64,000 nucleotides of DNA from Schizochytrium sp. TIO01 (Eukaryota; Protista; Bigyra: Labyrinthulomycetes). Shown in pieces: positions 31,992 to 42,759 of this stretch. The first letter of the stretch is position 1; each line of letters starts with the position of its first letter. The DNA lies in assembly GCA_004764695.1 (NCBI GenBank), contig SMSO01000007.1, forward strand, positions 1,929,270-1,993,269, read 5' to 3'. Below the pieces are notes generated by a model. That model saw nothing but the letters and a program-made list of their open reading frames with translations, did no database searches and was not told the origin of the DNA. Position numbers and translations under genes: made by a program.

Positions 31992-34900
31992 TTATTTTGA
32001 TGAGTGTTGAACTTCAGTGACGAAACCCTTATCGTGCTCTTCACTTTGGTGTGAGGATAGTGTTTGCTCTGTCATCATTGTCTCCGCATCTGCTATAGTT
32101 CCTTTTTCACTCTCGTATTGACCAGCCTCCTCATTGTATTGGCTTGTGGCAATTGGGATTGAATCTGTGGATGCTGTTGCTTGCATCATATCAGCTAACT
32201 TAGCACGGTAAATATAACCTCGCATAGCTGACTGTAACAACATAATGGCGTTGACTTGCGCAGCATTGTAGAGGATGTGCTCGCGTGAAGTACCCATCTT
32301 ACGCAGGAGCTTAGCTTGGTTGTCTTCTTTTTTGCCCAAAAGTTTCTGGACAAGCTGATTATCCTCAGGAATAAGTACTTCAGGCATCGCCTTGCTTGTT
32401 AACTCCGTCAGCACATCACTAAACGATACTCTTCCATGAATTGTGGGTATGTCAAGGCTGCGAATAAGAGCATTCGCAAGTTTTCGAGTTGAAAGTCCAT
32501 TCGCAATCGTTCTTGGTGTTCCAAAAACACCCAACGGGTAAGGTACCCTGGATACCAGTCTAACAAGAATATCCTCCTTGATAAACATAGTACCTTTGGG
32601 ATCCAGCTTTGCCCACTCCTCTTTAAAGGCATCAATGTGTTCTTCTCGAACTGTACTTGCAAGAGCTGCACCTTGGTCTGCAAACTGATCTAAAATAATA
32701 GCTGTGATCATCGACAGAAGAGTGTAAGAAGAAAAGATGAAGAAGCTACAGAAGTATAATGGCGCAAATTGCGGATATCCGCAATTTCCATATTCATTCG
32801 AGCAGTAAGGCTCTTGAATCATGCAGTCGTGCATGATACCATTGTAAGACTCGCCAGTGCTGCATCGGAAGAGTGTGACAACTGAAATCCAAAAGCCGTC
32901 GAAATTGGCATCCTCATTCAAAAAGTCTCCATATTTAATTTTGGAAAACAAATTCATTCCAAGGATCGCGTAAATCAGAATGAGTAAAAGGAAGATACCA
33001 GCAACGTTGATTATTGCTGGAACAGAAAACACTAATGTCCGGAAGATTGTTAGAAGCCCGGGACTTGTGCGAACAAGTCGAAAGATTCGAGCCACGCGGA
33101 AAATACGGAGTAGAGACGCAATAGGCCCGAGACTCCCCAAAAGACCAAGGTAGCCGAAAAACACAAGAGAAATATCAAAGCAATTCCAAGCTGTTTTGAA
33201 GTAGTCCAAGCGCAGGGCAAACAACTTCACGATCGCCTCTAAGCTAAAAACAGCAAGGAATAGAAGATTGAGAGAGTCGAGCGCTTTTGTCATGGACGTC
33301 GATACGCCTTCGCTATGCATCATCATCACAATTGTATTGAGAAGAATAACGCCCATAATTGCAAATTCAAACCTTTTTGAGTTCACAACAATTTGCCATA
33401 CTTTCGATCTCCACTTCCCTGTGGGTGGGTTCGAGCGTTTAATTGGTTTTTCTTGCATTGTTTTTCGAATTGTTGCCAGCCAGAGCTTCTGCTCTTCAGT
33501 AAGAAGGCCACTACCATTTTGTTTGTCTTTCATGTCATTGAAGTTATCGATGATCACACCGACAAACACGTTAATCATTAGAAATGAGCATACAAGGATA
33601 ACCAAGATGAACCAGATTGCAACAGACTGATGCTGACGATGAGGCCAAATCAGCATGGGCTCATCAGAGCCCTCAATGTCCATAGTCGAGTACATAATGT
33701 CGGGCCACATTTCGCCGCTAACAACTTCAAATACAAGCAGGAGAGCTTGTCCAATGTTATCATAGTTGTACGTATTTGCGTAACCCCAGTTAGGACCCCA
33801 AACACGAGGAAAGCCAGTTCCATTCATGCATGTAGAACATCCAAAAGTACCATTCTGCAAACAATCTTCGACTAGCGTCGGGGTTGGCAGCACGCTACAA
33901 TCATCAAAAGTAGGAATCCACGTGAGTGGAGTGAAACCATCAGGTGGGTCCATGGAGTCGTACCCTAGGCAATCAAACCTTGTTGCGCCAGAAATCTGTA
34001 AGCTAGGATCATTGCAGCCATTCAGCCCCCCTGAGAAGTTTTGTACTCCAATGATGGCGAAGATGAACATGAAAAGGAAAACAACCACTGAGACATTGGC
34101 GATAGCAGGGATTGCTGCAATGATGGCGTTTACTACAAGCCGCATGCCTGGGCTTCTGCTGATTACACGCAAAGGTCGAAGTGCCCTCAATGAGCGCAAT
34201 GATTTAAGGGCCTTCAAGGCACCATCTGAACCAAGGACGAGAGAGGTCGTGGAGATACCAACAATGATAAAGTCAAGGATATTCCATCCGCTACGAAGGT
34301 AGGAATGCTGGTGAAGCACAATACCTAATGCAAACATCTTCAGTAACATTTCGGAGATGAAGAGGATGTTCAGAATGATATCACTGTAGCGAAGAAATAG
34401 ATAAAACGTTTTACACGTTGTGTCTTTGCATGTCGACACGTAGGGTTCCTCAATTGCGAGAAGTACAGTAGATACTGTAATCAGGCACAAAATGAAATTG
34501 TCAAAACGGCCACTATTGATTAACCGAAAGACCTTTTGGCGAAGATTCATTTCTGGAGGGAATAAGAAAAGGGCCCACGCAGTAGGGTGCATAGTAAGTT
34601 TGTTTGGGTTCAACATAATAACTCCATCTTCACCCTCTCCAAGCTCACTACCTGCAGTGTTTTGGGTCGTAAATGACCTACGAAATGTTTGTGAGGTTAA
34701 GCGGCGTGGTTGATCCACGTCCTCCTTGTCAGCATCAAGAGGCATAGGTGCAACCGAAGCTCCAGATAGCCGGGCTTCTAGGCGTCTCTTTGACTCTTCT
34801 CGAAGAGCCTCTTTAATCTCTTCGAGTTCTTCAACCTTATCATCGGCTTCAAATCGAGCTAAAAGGATGGCAAGGAATAAGTTCAACACCATGTAAGCAC

Positions 34901-37346
34901 CAATCATATTAAGAGAGACAAAGTAAACCCAAGCAATTTCCCCGTTCACACGCTTTCCAATATACAATAGCTCATTCCAGTTCTCTCCAGTAAGCACCTG
35001 AAAGACAGTCACGAACCCCCACCAAAAGGAGTCGAAATTAGGGCGTGGGGTATCAGCAATGCAGGCATCGTAATCAGATGGATCGTCGCAGAAGAAATTA
35101 GCAGTCCAGCGCCCCCCAAAAAGCTGCATTCCTAGCAATGTGAAAATAAACATAATAATCACAAGGAGGATTGCTGCGTTCGTTACATCCATGATCGAAA
35201 GCAAAATTGTATGAAGCAGCTTCCGCAGATTTTTCCAGGATCGAGCAAGCTTAAAAATTCGCATTAGTCGAAACGTACGCAGGGCTCCTAAACCAGACTT
35301 CCCACCGCCCTCTGAGTCTATAATGAGCTCCACCAAGGAGATTGTGACGATAACGAAATCAAAGAGATTGAAGAAATCCTTGGCGTACTGTCTTGGACCA
35401 AGACCAATAACTTTTAGGACCAACTCGACAGTGAATGCTACTGTAAATACAAGATTTGCCGAATTTAGGAAAGATCTCTCGCTTGTACTCATGTTGTAGT
35501 GCTCCATACCTAGCGTGATAGTGTTGAGAACGATCAAAAGGGTAATCAGTGCCGTAAATGCATCAGAGTTGACTAACTGAAACAACTTTTGAATTGGTCG
35601 CGGGCCATATGGCTCTAAAAGTGCACCATCAGCGATAGCACTTGCAACGCTAGCCTGCCTATCAAAATCAGTACTCCTTCTTCTACCATGCTCATCTTTG
35701 CGAATACTCAGGCGGGACATATTGCTCCCTATGGATCCTGTAGCACTGGCAGACTGCTTGAGAGTTTCATCTGGAGCAGAGTCTTGGTTATTGATTTCCA
35801 CCTCTTCAGCACTTCTGCGCTCAGCTTCTTGTCTTGCATCTTCCGCTTCAGCTTCTGCCTCGTGCGCTTTCATTTCCTCAACTGCTCGAGCATTTTCGTA
35901 TGACTCGTTGATGACAGCAAGCGTGAGCTCGAGCATAAAAAATGAGCACATCCAAATCATAATGAAAAAGTACATGAAAATAACAAAGGAGTGGCCAAAA
36001 GAAGCGTCAAGACCGTACATTACATCTGTCCAGCCTTCTAGCGTAATGGAAGTTAGAATTGTTAGCCATGCATAACCGATAGAGTCAAAGGTTGCGTAAC
36101 CGTCCCCAAGTTGATTCTCATTTGTGTTAAGACAGAATGATGTGAGGTTGACTACAATAGCTGATGTTGGATAGTATTGCCGGAACTGCATCGCTGATGC
36201 ATTCGCATCATACTGATATGTTATAGAGTCTGCAGTGGGTAAATCGATCAGCATCTCTGATGGTAAACTCACTATGTCCTCCACCACGGATTCAGGTGCA
36301 GATGGATCATAGTACGGATTTGTTACAACGACAGGATCCCGATCAAAACATTGTATGCCTGCTAGTGTAAGACAATCATCACCTGTGCGTGTCCAGAGTG
36401 AAAACGGGAAGATTTTCTCTGCAGCGCTCACGGAAGACTCACATGGTAAAGGGCAAGGTGCCGAGTCAGCCTCCACCATAGTCATTGTAGAAAAGTTTAA
36501 TGAGCTTCCTTGTAGTGTAGGGTCTACATAATAGCAGCGGCCGGTAAGAGTACCCGAAAACAGCTGAAGCCCAACGATGCCGAACACAGTGAATAGAAAC
36601 GCACAGAGAAGCGAGACGTGCACCATTGAGCGAATAGACGAAATCAATGCACTAACAATAGGTCGCATTCCTGGAATGCTTGATAATGTGCGAAGGGGGC
36701 GTAAGACACGAAAGGTTCTTAGCGATGACAAATTCGCAATGCCTGGAACGTAAGAGAGCCAACCAACAAACACAACAACAAAGTCGAGAAGGTTCCAGCC
36801 GTCACGTAGATAAGTTCCTTTGGAAGTAATAAAACCCATCGCAACAATCTTGATGCTCATTTCAGCAGTGAAAAGAACGTTAAAAATTACCTCCGCATAT
36901 TCATTTGCGATAGTCATTCTTGGTGATGCACATTTATTGTATGTATCATTTACTAGCTGGCTTTTCTCAATGCAGCATCTGGTATCCTCATACCCTGCAA
37001 CAACATTGTCATCCGCATCAACATACTCATTATACATGTTGCATTTGCGAGTAAAATTTGTCACATCAACCTTAATGACAGCATCATTCAGAATTTCAGC
37101 TTCTGTGCAACAATCAGCAAAAGGCTGTGTTAATGCTAGAAAACAACAATTCGCCAAAATGAGTCCGAGAACAATTGTGCGAAATACTTTGTGATGGATA
37201 ATCTTGATACAAATACGTCGGATAATGTTGTGACGGGAGAAAATACCCAGAGCACGGGAGCTGCCAAATTGTGTGATTTGCTTTACATCTGAACTGAGGA
37301 ATGATGCTCCGGACTCGTTTGTCCCTCTTCGGTCAAGTTCTGACAT
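31992..37346 (-). CDS. Four-domain voltage-gated cation channel alpha subunit, Cav-type E/E/E/E filter (about 1784 aa)
   Basis: Four S4 sensors (LRTFRVLRPLRT, LRTFRLMRIFKL, LRSLRALRPLRV, LRIFRVARIFRL). Pore loops TLEGW, TGENW, SGEMW and TGESY. C-terminal EF-hand-like FKEEWAKLDP and IQ-like LQSAMRGY. First ATG at 37346. Confidence 0.95.
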   Translation of the reverse strand: MSELDRRGTNESGASFLSSDVKQITQFGSSRALGIFSRHNIIRRICIKIIHHKVFRTIVLGLILANCCFLALTQPFADCCTEAEILNDAVIKVDVTNFTRKCNMYNEYVDADDNVVAGYEDTRCCIEKSQLVNDTYNKCASPRMTIANEYAEVIFNVLFTAEMSIKIVAMGFITSKGTYLRDGWNLLDFVVVFVGWLSYVPGIANLSSLRTFRVLRPLRTLSSIPGMRPIVSALISSIRSMVHVSLLCAFLFTVFGIVGLQLFSGTLTGRCYYVDPTLQGSSLNFSTMTMVEADSAPCPLPCESSVSAAEKIFPFSLWTRTGDDCLTLAGIQCFDRDPVVVTNPYYDPSAPESVVEDIVSLPSEMLIDLPTADSITYQYDANASAMQFRQYYPTSAIVVNLTSFCLNTNENQLGDGYATFDSIGYAWLTILTSITLEGWTDVMYGLDASFGHSFVIFMYFFIMIWMCSFFMLELTLAVINESYENARAVEEMKAHEAEAEAEDARQEAERRSAEEVEINNQDSAPDETLKQSASATGSIGSNMSRLSIRKDEHGRRRSTDFDRQASVASAIADGALLEPYGPRPIQKLFQLVNSDAFTALITLLIVLNTITLGMEHYNMSTSERSFLNSANLVFTVAFTVELVLKVIGLGPRQYAKDFFNLFDFVIVTISLVELIIDSEGGGKSGLGALRTFRLMRIFKLARSWKNLRKLLHTILLSIMDVTNAAILLVIIMFIFTLLGMQLFGGRWTANFFCDDPSDYDACIADTPRPNFDSFWWGFVTVFQVLTGENWNELLYIGKRVNGEIAWVYFVSLNMIGAYMVLNLFLAILLARFEADDKVEELEEIKEALREESKRRLEARLSGASVAPMPLDADKEDVDQPRRLTSQTFRRSFTTQNTAGSELGEGEDGVIMLNPNKLTMHPTAWALFLFPPEMNLRQKVFRLINSGRFDNFILCLITVSTVLLAIEEPYVSTCKDTTCKTFYLFLRYSDIILNILFISEMLLKMFALGIVLHQHSYLRSGWNILDFIIVGISTTSLVLGSDGALKALKSLRSLRALRPLRVISRSPGMRLVVNAIIAAIPAIANVSVVVFLFMFIFAIIGVQNFSGGLNGCNDPSLQISGATRFDCLGYDSMDPPDGFTPLTWIPTFDDCSVLPTPTLVEDCLQNGTFGCSTCMNGTGFPRVWGPNWGYANTYNYDNIGQALLLVFEVVSGEMWPDIMYSTMDIEGSDEPMLIWPHRQHQSVAIWFILVILVCSFLMINVFVGVIIDNFNDMKDKQNGSGLLTEEQKLWLATIRKTMQEKPIKRSNPPTGKWRSKVWQIVVNSKRFEFAIMGVILLNTIVMMMHSEGVSTSMTKALDSLNLLFLAVFSLEAIVKLFALRLDYFKTAWNCFDISLVFFGYLGLLGSLGPIASLLRIFRVARIFRLVRTSPGLLTIFRTLVFSVPAIINVAGIFLLLILIYAILGMNLFSKIKYGDFLNEDANFDGFWISVVTLFRCSTGESYNGIMHDCMIQEPYCSNEYGNCGYPQFAPLYFCSFFIFSSYTLLSMITAIILDQFADQGAALASTVREEHIDAFKEEWAKLDPKGTMFIKEDILVRLVSRVPYPLGVFGTPRTIANGLSTRKLANALIRSLDIPTIHGRVSFSDVLTELTSKAMPEVLIPEDNQLVQKLLGKKEDNQAKLLRKMGTSREHILYNAAQVNAIMLLQSAMRGYIYRAKLADMMQATASTDSIPIATSQYNEEAGQYESEKGTIADAETMMTEQTLSSHQSEEHDKGFVTEVQHSSK

Positions 37347-38735
37347 GGTCTTAGCTTTTGTTATGCTTCCCCAAGCTACCTTGAGCGCACCCTGATCTGT
37401 CAAACACGGAGATGTATACGAGGTGTGCAAAGGCAGCACAACCGGTTTGAGTTCACTGTTCTTATGAGCAGAGGTATGCTGGTTCAAATCCACAGGCTGT
37501 TGAGCACTATTGTGCCTATGGGGCGACGAAAAGAAGATGTTGCCCACGCGTTGAGACAGTGAGGCCACCACTTCTGTCTCGCCAGCTCCGGCCTTGGCCG
37601 ACGCCAACGATGATACGAAGGTGGCCCACAAAGTGCACTGGTCAGTAGCAACGTTGTAATTCGCGTGACCTAGGTTAGACGCCCATGCACGAGGCAAGGC
37701 GTTGATCCGAGGTGTCTCGGAAAGCAGAAATGAGTATACTTAAATGTAGAAGTAGCCTATCACCAGTGGGTATTCACGATAGAGACTCTCTGCTAGGTTG
37801 CGATACCAATTGCAACACGAAGATGGTGCACGCTGTCTCTGCGCTAGCCTCGTTTGGCGTCTCCACGGGAGAGGTTTTCCTTTAACGCCACCTGCTCGTC
37901 GCGTCGCTATCAAGCGAGCACGCGACGAGTGGAACCAGGAGTTATGGCGACGTCAGCCTTCCGTCGGGCTGTTAATATATGCGTGTTTTGCAGACAGATA
38001 AACTAGCGGGTCTTGCTCTCAGCGGAAACTTGCTTGCTATGTTCCTAGTATTATGTTGAAGCGGCTAGTTTTCGCTTAAGACCCAGTAATCACAGTCACT
38101 TAATAGTCTTTTTGATGTAGATACAACACCCATAACAAACATATGTTCACTGAGTCAAAAACACTGCTATACAGGAACGCCTGTATGCTAGCATTTAGCT
38201 CCCTTGATTTTCTTGCTACCACTGTCTTTGGCTCGTTTGGTTCCCTTATCGCGATGCAACCCGGCCAACGGTACTTTGTTAAAAAAAAGGCCTATTTCTT
38301 GTTCGCCTCTTCATAGTTTTGACTATGTGAAAGTATAGGGACATACCACATATGTACCTATCGTAACGTACTTTTTGTTTATTACAAGTTGTTCCACTGA
38401 AAGTTTGAAAAGGTTCATGAACAGCATAGAATTATAGAAGGAGACTAGCGTGCGGTTACGCTAAAACTGAGTAGAAGTTGCTACTTTTGGCTACTGACCG
38501 ACACGCAATATCTTCTGTTAGTGCTTATCGACCTGAAAGACCTGAAGCCAGGAACATCTGTCTTTGTGGTGATGGATAATAATACTGCAGGCCTGTGATA
38601 TTATATCCTTAGCAAAACGTATTGGACCTTTCCGTAAAAGCATAAACAAAGAAGAATATCCTTGACTAGTGGGGGAGCTTACTTGTGATTCCTGAGTATG
38701 GAAAGTGAATACCCGTCACTCTACGCTTTCATTGT

Positions 38736-38762
38736 GGAAGCTGGAAGCTGGAAGCTGGAAGC
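38736..38762. repeat. (GGAAGCT)x4 short tandem repeat
   Basis: Direct reading. Confidence 0.8.
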
Positions 38763-39406
38763 CACAACCGGTATAGTCAGCAATAGAGAGTTCTGCGCGC
38801 GCGGCTTTGAGTGGAATGCATTAAATCCGATCCAGCTTTCGAGAGACATGACATGAATTAAATACGGAGTTAAGGAGAAAGATCTTCTTGTGATAAGCAG
38901 CGTGTTCAGAAGTGAATATATTCAGATGTACGATAGGGTCAATATATTTAAAAGGAAGTTTGCGTAAAATGAGTTTTATTACTGTCAAAAGAGAAATACT
39001 AGATCATAAACTCCTAATCTCTTTTGCATATCAAAGACGATGATAAACACTCTTGCCAGTTAGAGACTATGTGCACGAGATGTTGCTTGGGTTTTAAAAC
39101 TCTTAAACCAGATACCCCCCTAAAGTGACCGCTCTATCCAAACATTCAGGGATTGCACAGAAACGAGACTCAAGAAAATACTTTATGAGAAGCCAAATCC
39201 CCTAAATAAATTGAACGGGGAACCTCTAAATACAATGCATTTTTTAGCGAGGAGATGGATAGCATTACAATGGAAGGAGGGAGTCCAGGCGCAATGCAAT
39301 TTTAGTGAGATTATTGGCGTGTGCCAACAAGAAGGAAAAACAAAACGCAGAATTCGAAAGGACTAAATGATGATGCTGACTTAGTAGGGGCTGGTGGAGT
39401 GGTATT

Positions 39407-40924
39407 TCAGTTCGCCGAGGGGGCAACTGATACGCTATCAATACGTGAGCGAAACATAAGGAGAAAAGCAAATACTGATATGGCGATAAATTGCACGATG
39501 GCAGTTGCTAAAAAACTTGCGCCGTAGCCGTACTTATCACAAAGGTAACCTCCGAGTACAGCGCTTCCACTCCAAGAAAACTGTGTAACAGAATCCATTG
39601 AGTTCCACCAAGCACGCTGAGACTTATCCACGAAATCGATAAGAATCGACTTACGAATGGGTGCGCAGCAATTCATCAGGGCAGTACGCAAAATGAAAAT
39701 GGGAACAATGATCTTGGGCTCTTTCCACATCGCCTTATCGTTGGTTTGGCCCATTTGATACATAGCCACCAGGAGAATGATTCCTGAGATACTGAATATG
39801 ATGGGCACACGCACCCGACCAAGGACTTTCGTGAGTCGAGTTGCAATGATTGAGCAAACGACAATTGCAAGTGGGGAGATCACATAAATGAAGTTGACTT
39901 GGCCCGGAGACATGCCTGTCTCCTCCTTAAAAAAGAGAGGAAAGAACTTAATAGTCATGCCAGACGCAAGCCCAAAGCAAATGTCACAAGCAAGGGTGAT
40001 ACGAGGAATCCAATACTTTGCACCACGAAGACTCTGTCGAGCAGCGCTAGTGGTTGTTGCATCACCGGCACCGCCATTGAGGGGCTGGCTTTCTAAAGGC
40101 TCGTCTCCATCTGAGAGTGCATGGTATTGGTCATCTCCTTCTTCCTGCAAAGCTTGCTGTTGGCGATCTTGGTGTTGCTCTGCTTCGATCTCCGCAGTTG
40201 GGACCGCCGAGTAGGCTTCCGGAAAGGGCCCCGGGGATTGAGGGACTGCCTCGCTTTCATGGCCTAACGCATCCTTGTCGCGCAAAAATGTGAGTGCAAG
40301 AGAAGGAATGAGCGTGAGACCGACACCTATGAAGAAGACAGTGCGCAGCTGAGGCCTTGTCCAGGTATCACCAATAAGAACAAAGAGAATAGCTGAAAGG
40401 CATGGGCCAGTCGCGCTAAAGAAGACGCGGAAGATGAATTTAGTGGTCGTGACGACCGGTCTTTCCTCCATATGAAGTGAATCATGGAACAGAGCCTCAA
40501 GTGACCCACTGCTTGTGCCATCAAAGAAGCCGAACATACTTAACGATAGACACATCAGTGCGAACTCAACGGTGCCATTGGACGTTTCGTTGTCATGTGC
40601 AGCTCCAATGAACAGCGTGATCAAGAACACGCAGACTGCAAGCACACCAACACCACTGGCCATTCGAAGCACAAATTGACGGCCGTATTTGTCGCCCATG
40701 TAGCCGCTCGGCAGTGCTGTAAGGGCCTGAACGGTGCCTTGCAGGCCTTCTGCAATGCCCACAAGGGTATTTTTACCAGGTGGAATTGTCTTTAGATACC
40801 CACTAAGCACAGAAGTTCCCCAGAGGCCCATCGCAAACGAATAAGCCGCTGTGTAGAATAAAGCTACGCGAACATTGCGATTGTCCCACGCTTTAAGACC
40901 TCTCACTTCGCGGAAGAAACCCAT
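39407..40924 (-). CDS. Major facilitator superfamily transporter
   Basis: About 12 TM helices in a 6+6 layout, MFS motif A GYMGDKYGR and a long hydrophilic central loop; ATG at 40924. Confidence 0.9.
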   Translation of the reverse strand: MGFFREVRGLKAWDNRNVRVALFYTAAYSFAMGLWGTSVLSGYLKTIPPGKNTLVGIAEGLQGTVQALTALPSGYMGDKYGRQFVLRMASGVGVLAVCVFLITLFIGAAHDNETSNGTVEFALMCLSLSMFGFFDGTSSGSLEALFHDSLHMEERPVVTTTKFIFRVFFSATGPCLSAILFVLIGDTWTRPQLRTVFFIGVGLTLIPSLALTFLRDKDALGHESEAVPQSPGPFPEAYSAVPTAEIEAEQHQDRQQQALQEEGDDQYHALSDGDEPLESQPLNGGAGDATTTSAARQSLRGAKYWIPRITLACDICFGLASGMTIKFFPLFFKEETGMSPGQVNFIYVISPLAIVVCSIIATRLTKVLGRVRVPIIFSISGIILLVAMYQMGQTNDKAMWKEPKIIVPIFILRTALMNCCAPIRKSILIDFVDKSQRAWWNSMDSVTQFSWSGSAVLGGYLCDKYGYGASFLATAIVQFIAISVFAFLLMFRSRIDSVSVAPSAN

Positions 40925-42759
40925 AATATCCACAACACTATACTGCACAAAGTCTAAAATGTACTACGTGTACCGCAGAATCTCAACTCACTTTATCAAA
41001 GCGTGTTCAGGCCAAGGTGGTTTTCCTACAGAAGTCCTTGTGTTCTTTTCTTTTTGCTCCCTCGTCTATAGAGCTCAAAAGCTCATGCCAAGATGTTTGC
41101 AATTCGGTAGCAGTTGATGACTTAAAAGGAGTGTGAACGCCTCGCTCTAAGATGCCTAGCTTCCTGCAGACTGAGTAAGGGTCCTTGAGTCTTCACCGAT
41201 GGCACTCACTGGACGTTAACACGGCCGCGTGATCCAAAGCCAGCCCGCGAATTAGGTTTGCGACGCCTAGGAATCATATGCTTCTGATCATCTCTCGCAC
41301 ACGATTTATAGTGGTTCATTAGGTGTTCCTTAAGTCATTCATTATTCCTTCATTTATTACTGATTCAGTTATTTCATCACATTCCACGCTCTTTCTTGCA
41401 CACGATTCTGAATAAAGTGGTTCACGAATCCATCATGACTCATGCTTTCAGAATAGTCAAGACTCACTCGCAGAACTGGCTGATCTTTCCTCGAAGTTGC
41501 CAACAAGCAGCTTGAGCAACGTACAATGTGGGCAATATTATTCTGCTACTTCAAGTTCTCTGGTCGCTGGGCTCTTTTTCTCTCTGCCAAGTCGCGACCA
41601 TCGCTCATGAGCGCTAGGTCTTGGTTATTCTTCCAAACTGGCCAAACGAGACACCTTGCTTTCGATACGGGGACCATGCTAGATTATGCAATGCTCGCGC
41701 ACGTTTATTGGCACTGTCGTCCACTGGATTTGCGCGCGCCTGCTCTCATGGTATCGCAGGTATCTCAATAGCAACACTCATCAACTTGAACTTTTTTTCA
41801 TCGCCTTCTTTACTAAAGTTTATTCTGTTCTGTAGAAGCAAAATAAAATTGCTCTTCCGGATACTCGCAAAGGTCGTGGAGCAGATGTTAGGCTCGGTGC
41901 TACCACAAACGAGTGTTAATACCTTAACTCTATTTTATTAAGTTGTTTTGTGATACGCTACTTCCATTGGTCGCGGATAGGTATTATGTATTTTTGTTTG
42001 CTTATTTTCGTTCATAGGCTATTATTCTATTAGGTAATAGATAGTGTCTATATAGGTGCTGAAAGCAAACAAGAAAGAGACTGGTGCACAAATAAACCAT
42101 GAAACTTAACAAGAACATCTCGCCTCCCTGCGTCGATATCTTCTTTGGACTTTCGTTTTTTTCTATCACATTGTGAGGTTCCAATGCTTTGAATCACAAA
42201 TTGTCTATTTTAGGATGGTCCTGAGCGATGACGATAGGTAGGTATACAAATAAATGTTATTATAGATGATTTAATAGCCCTGTCGTACCTAGCACCACCC
42301 ACAAATACATCCACTACTAAAACACACGTGAACCCCGACACTGCGCATATTTCATCGGATTGCATTTCCTTGCCCTGTGTTTCGGCAATGCAAGTCAAAT
42401 CTTCTACACCGCTACGATATCTCCACCACAAGACAAGATACATAATCTATATCCAGAAAGAGAAATGTAACATTAGATTTTCCAGTCCAGAAAATTTCAT
42501 AAACTGGAACGCAACGTCAAGAACAATGAAGAAAAGTCAACAAGGATTGTCAAATTAATCATGACAAGCGGCGAAATTTGATTTTTCTGAGCGAAGAGTT
42601 TCGACGGTATTTTGGGTTTTCGAATGTTTTGCATTGTTATGAATGCCATAACTTCATTTTCTAAAATAAATATATAGCTATTAGGTAGTACGTAGGTTTT
42701 AGGTAGTATCATGATCTGATCAGCAGCAGTAGCAGCAAAGCTTCATCCTGGCGCCAGCC

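Noticed and set aside
37347-37697. 117-aa N-terminal extension of the channel
   Set aside because: Starts at TTG with no in-frame ATG; probably 5' UTR unless an upstream exon exists
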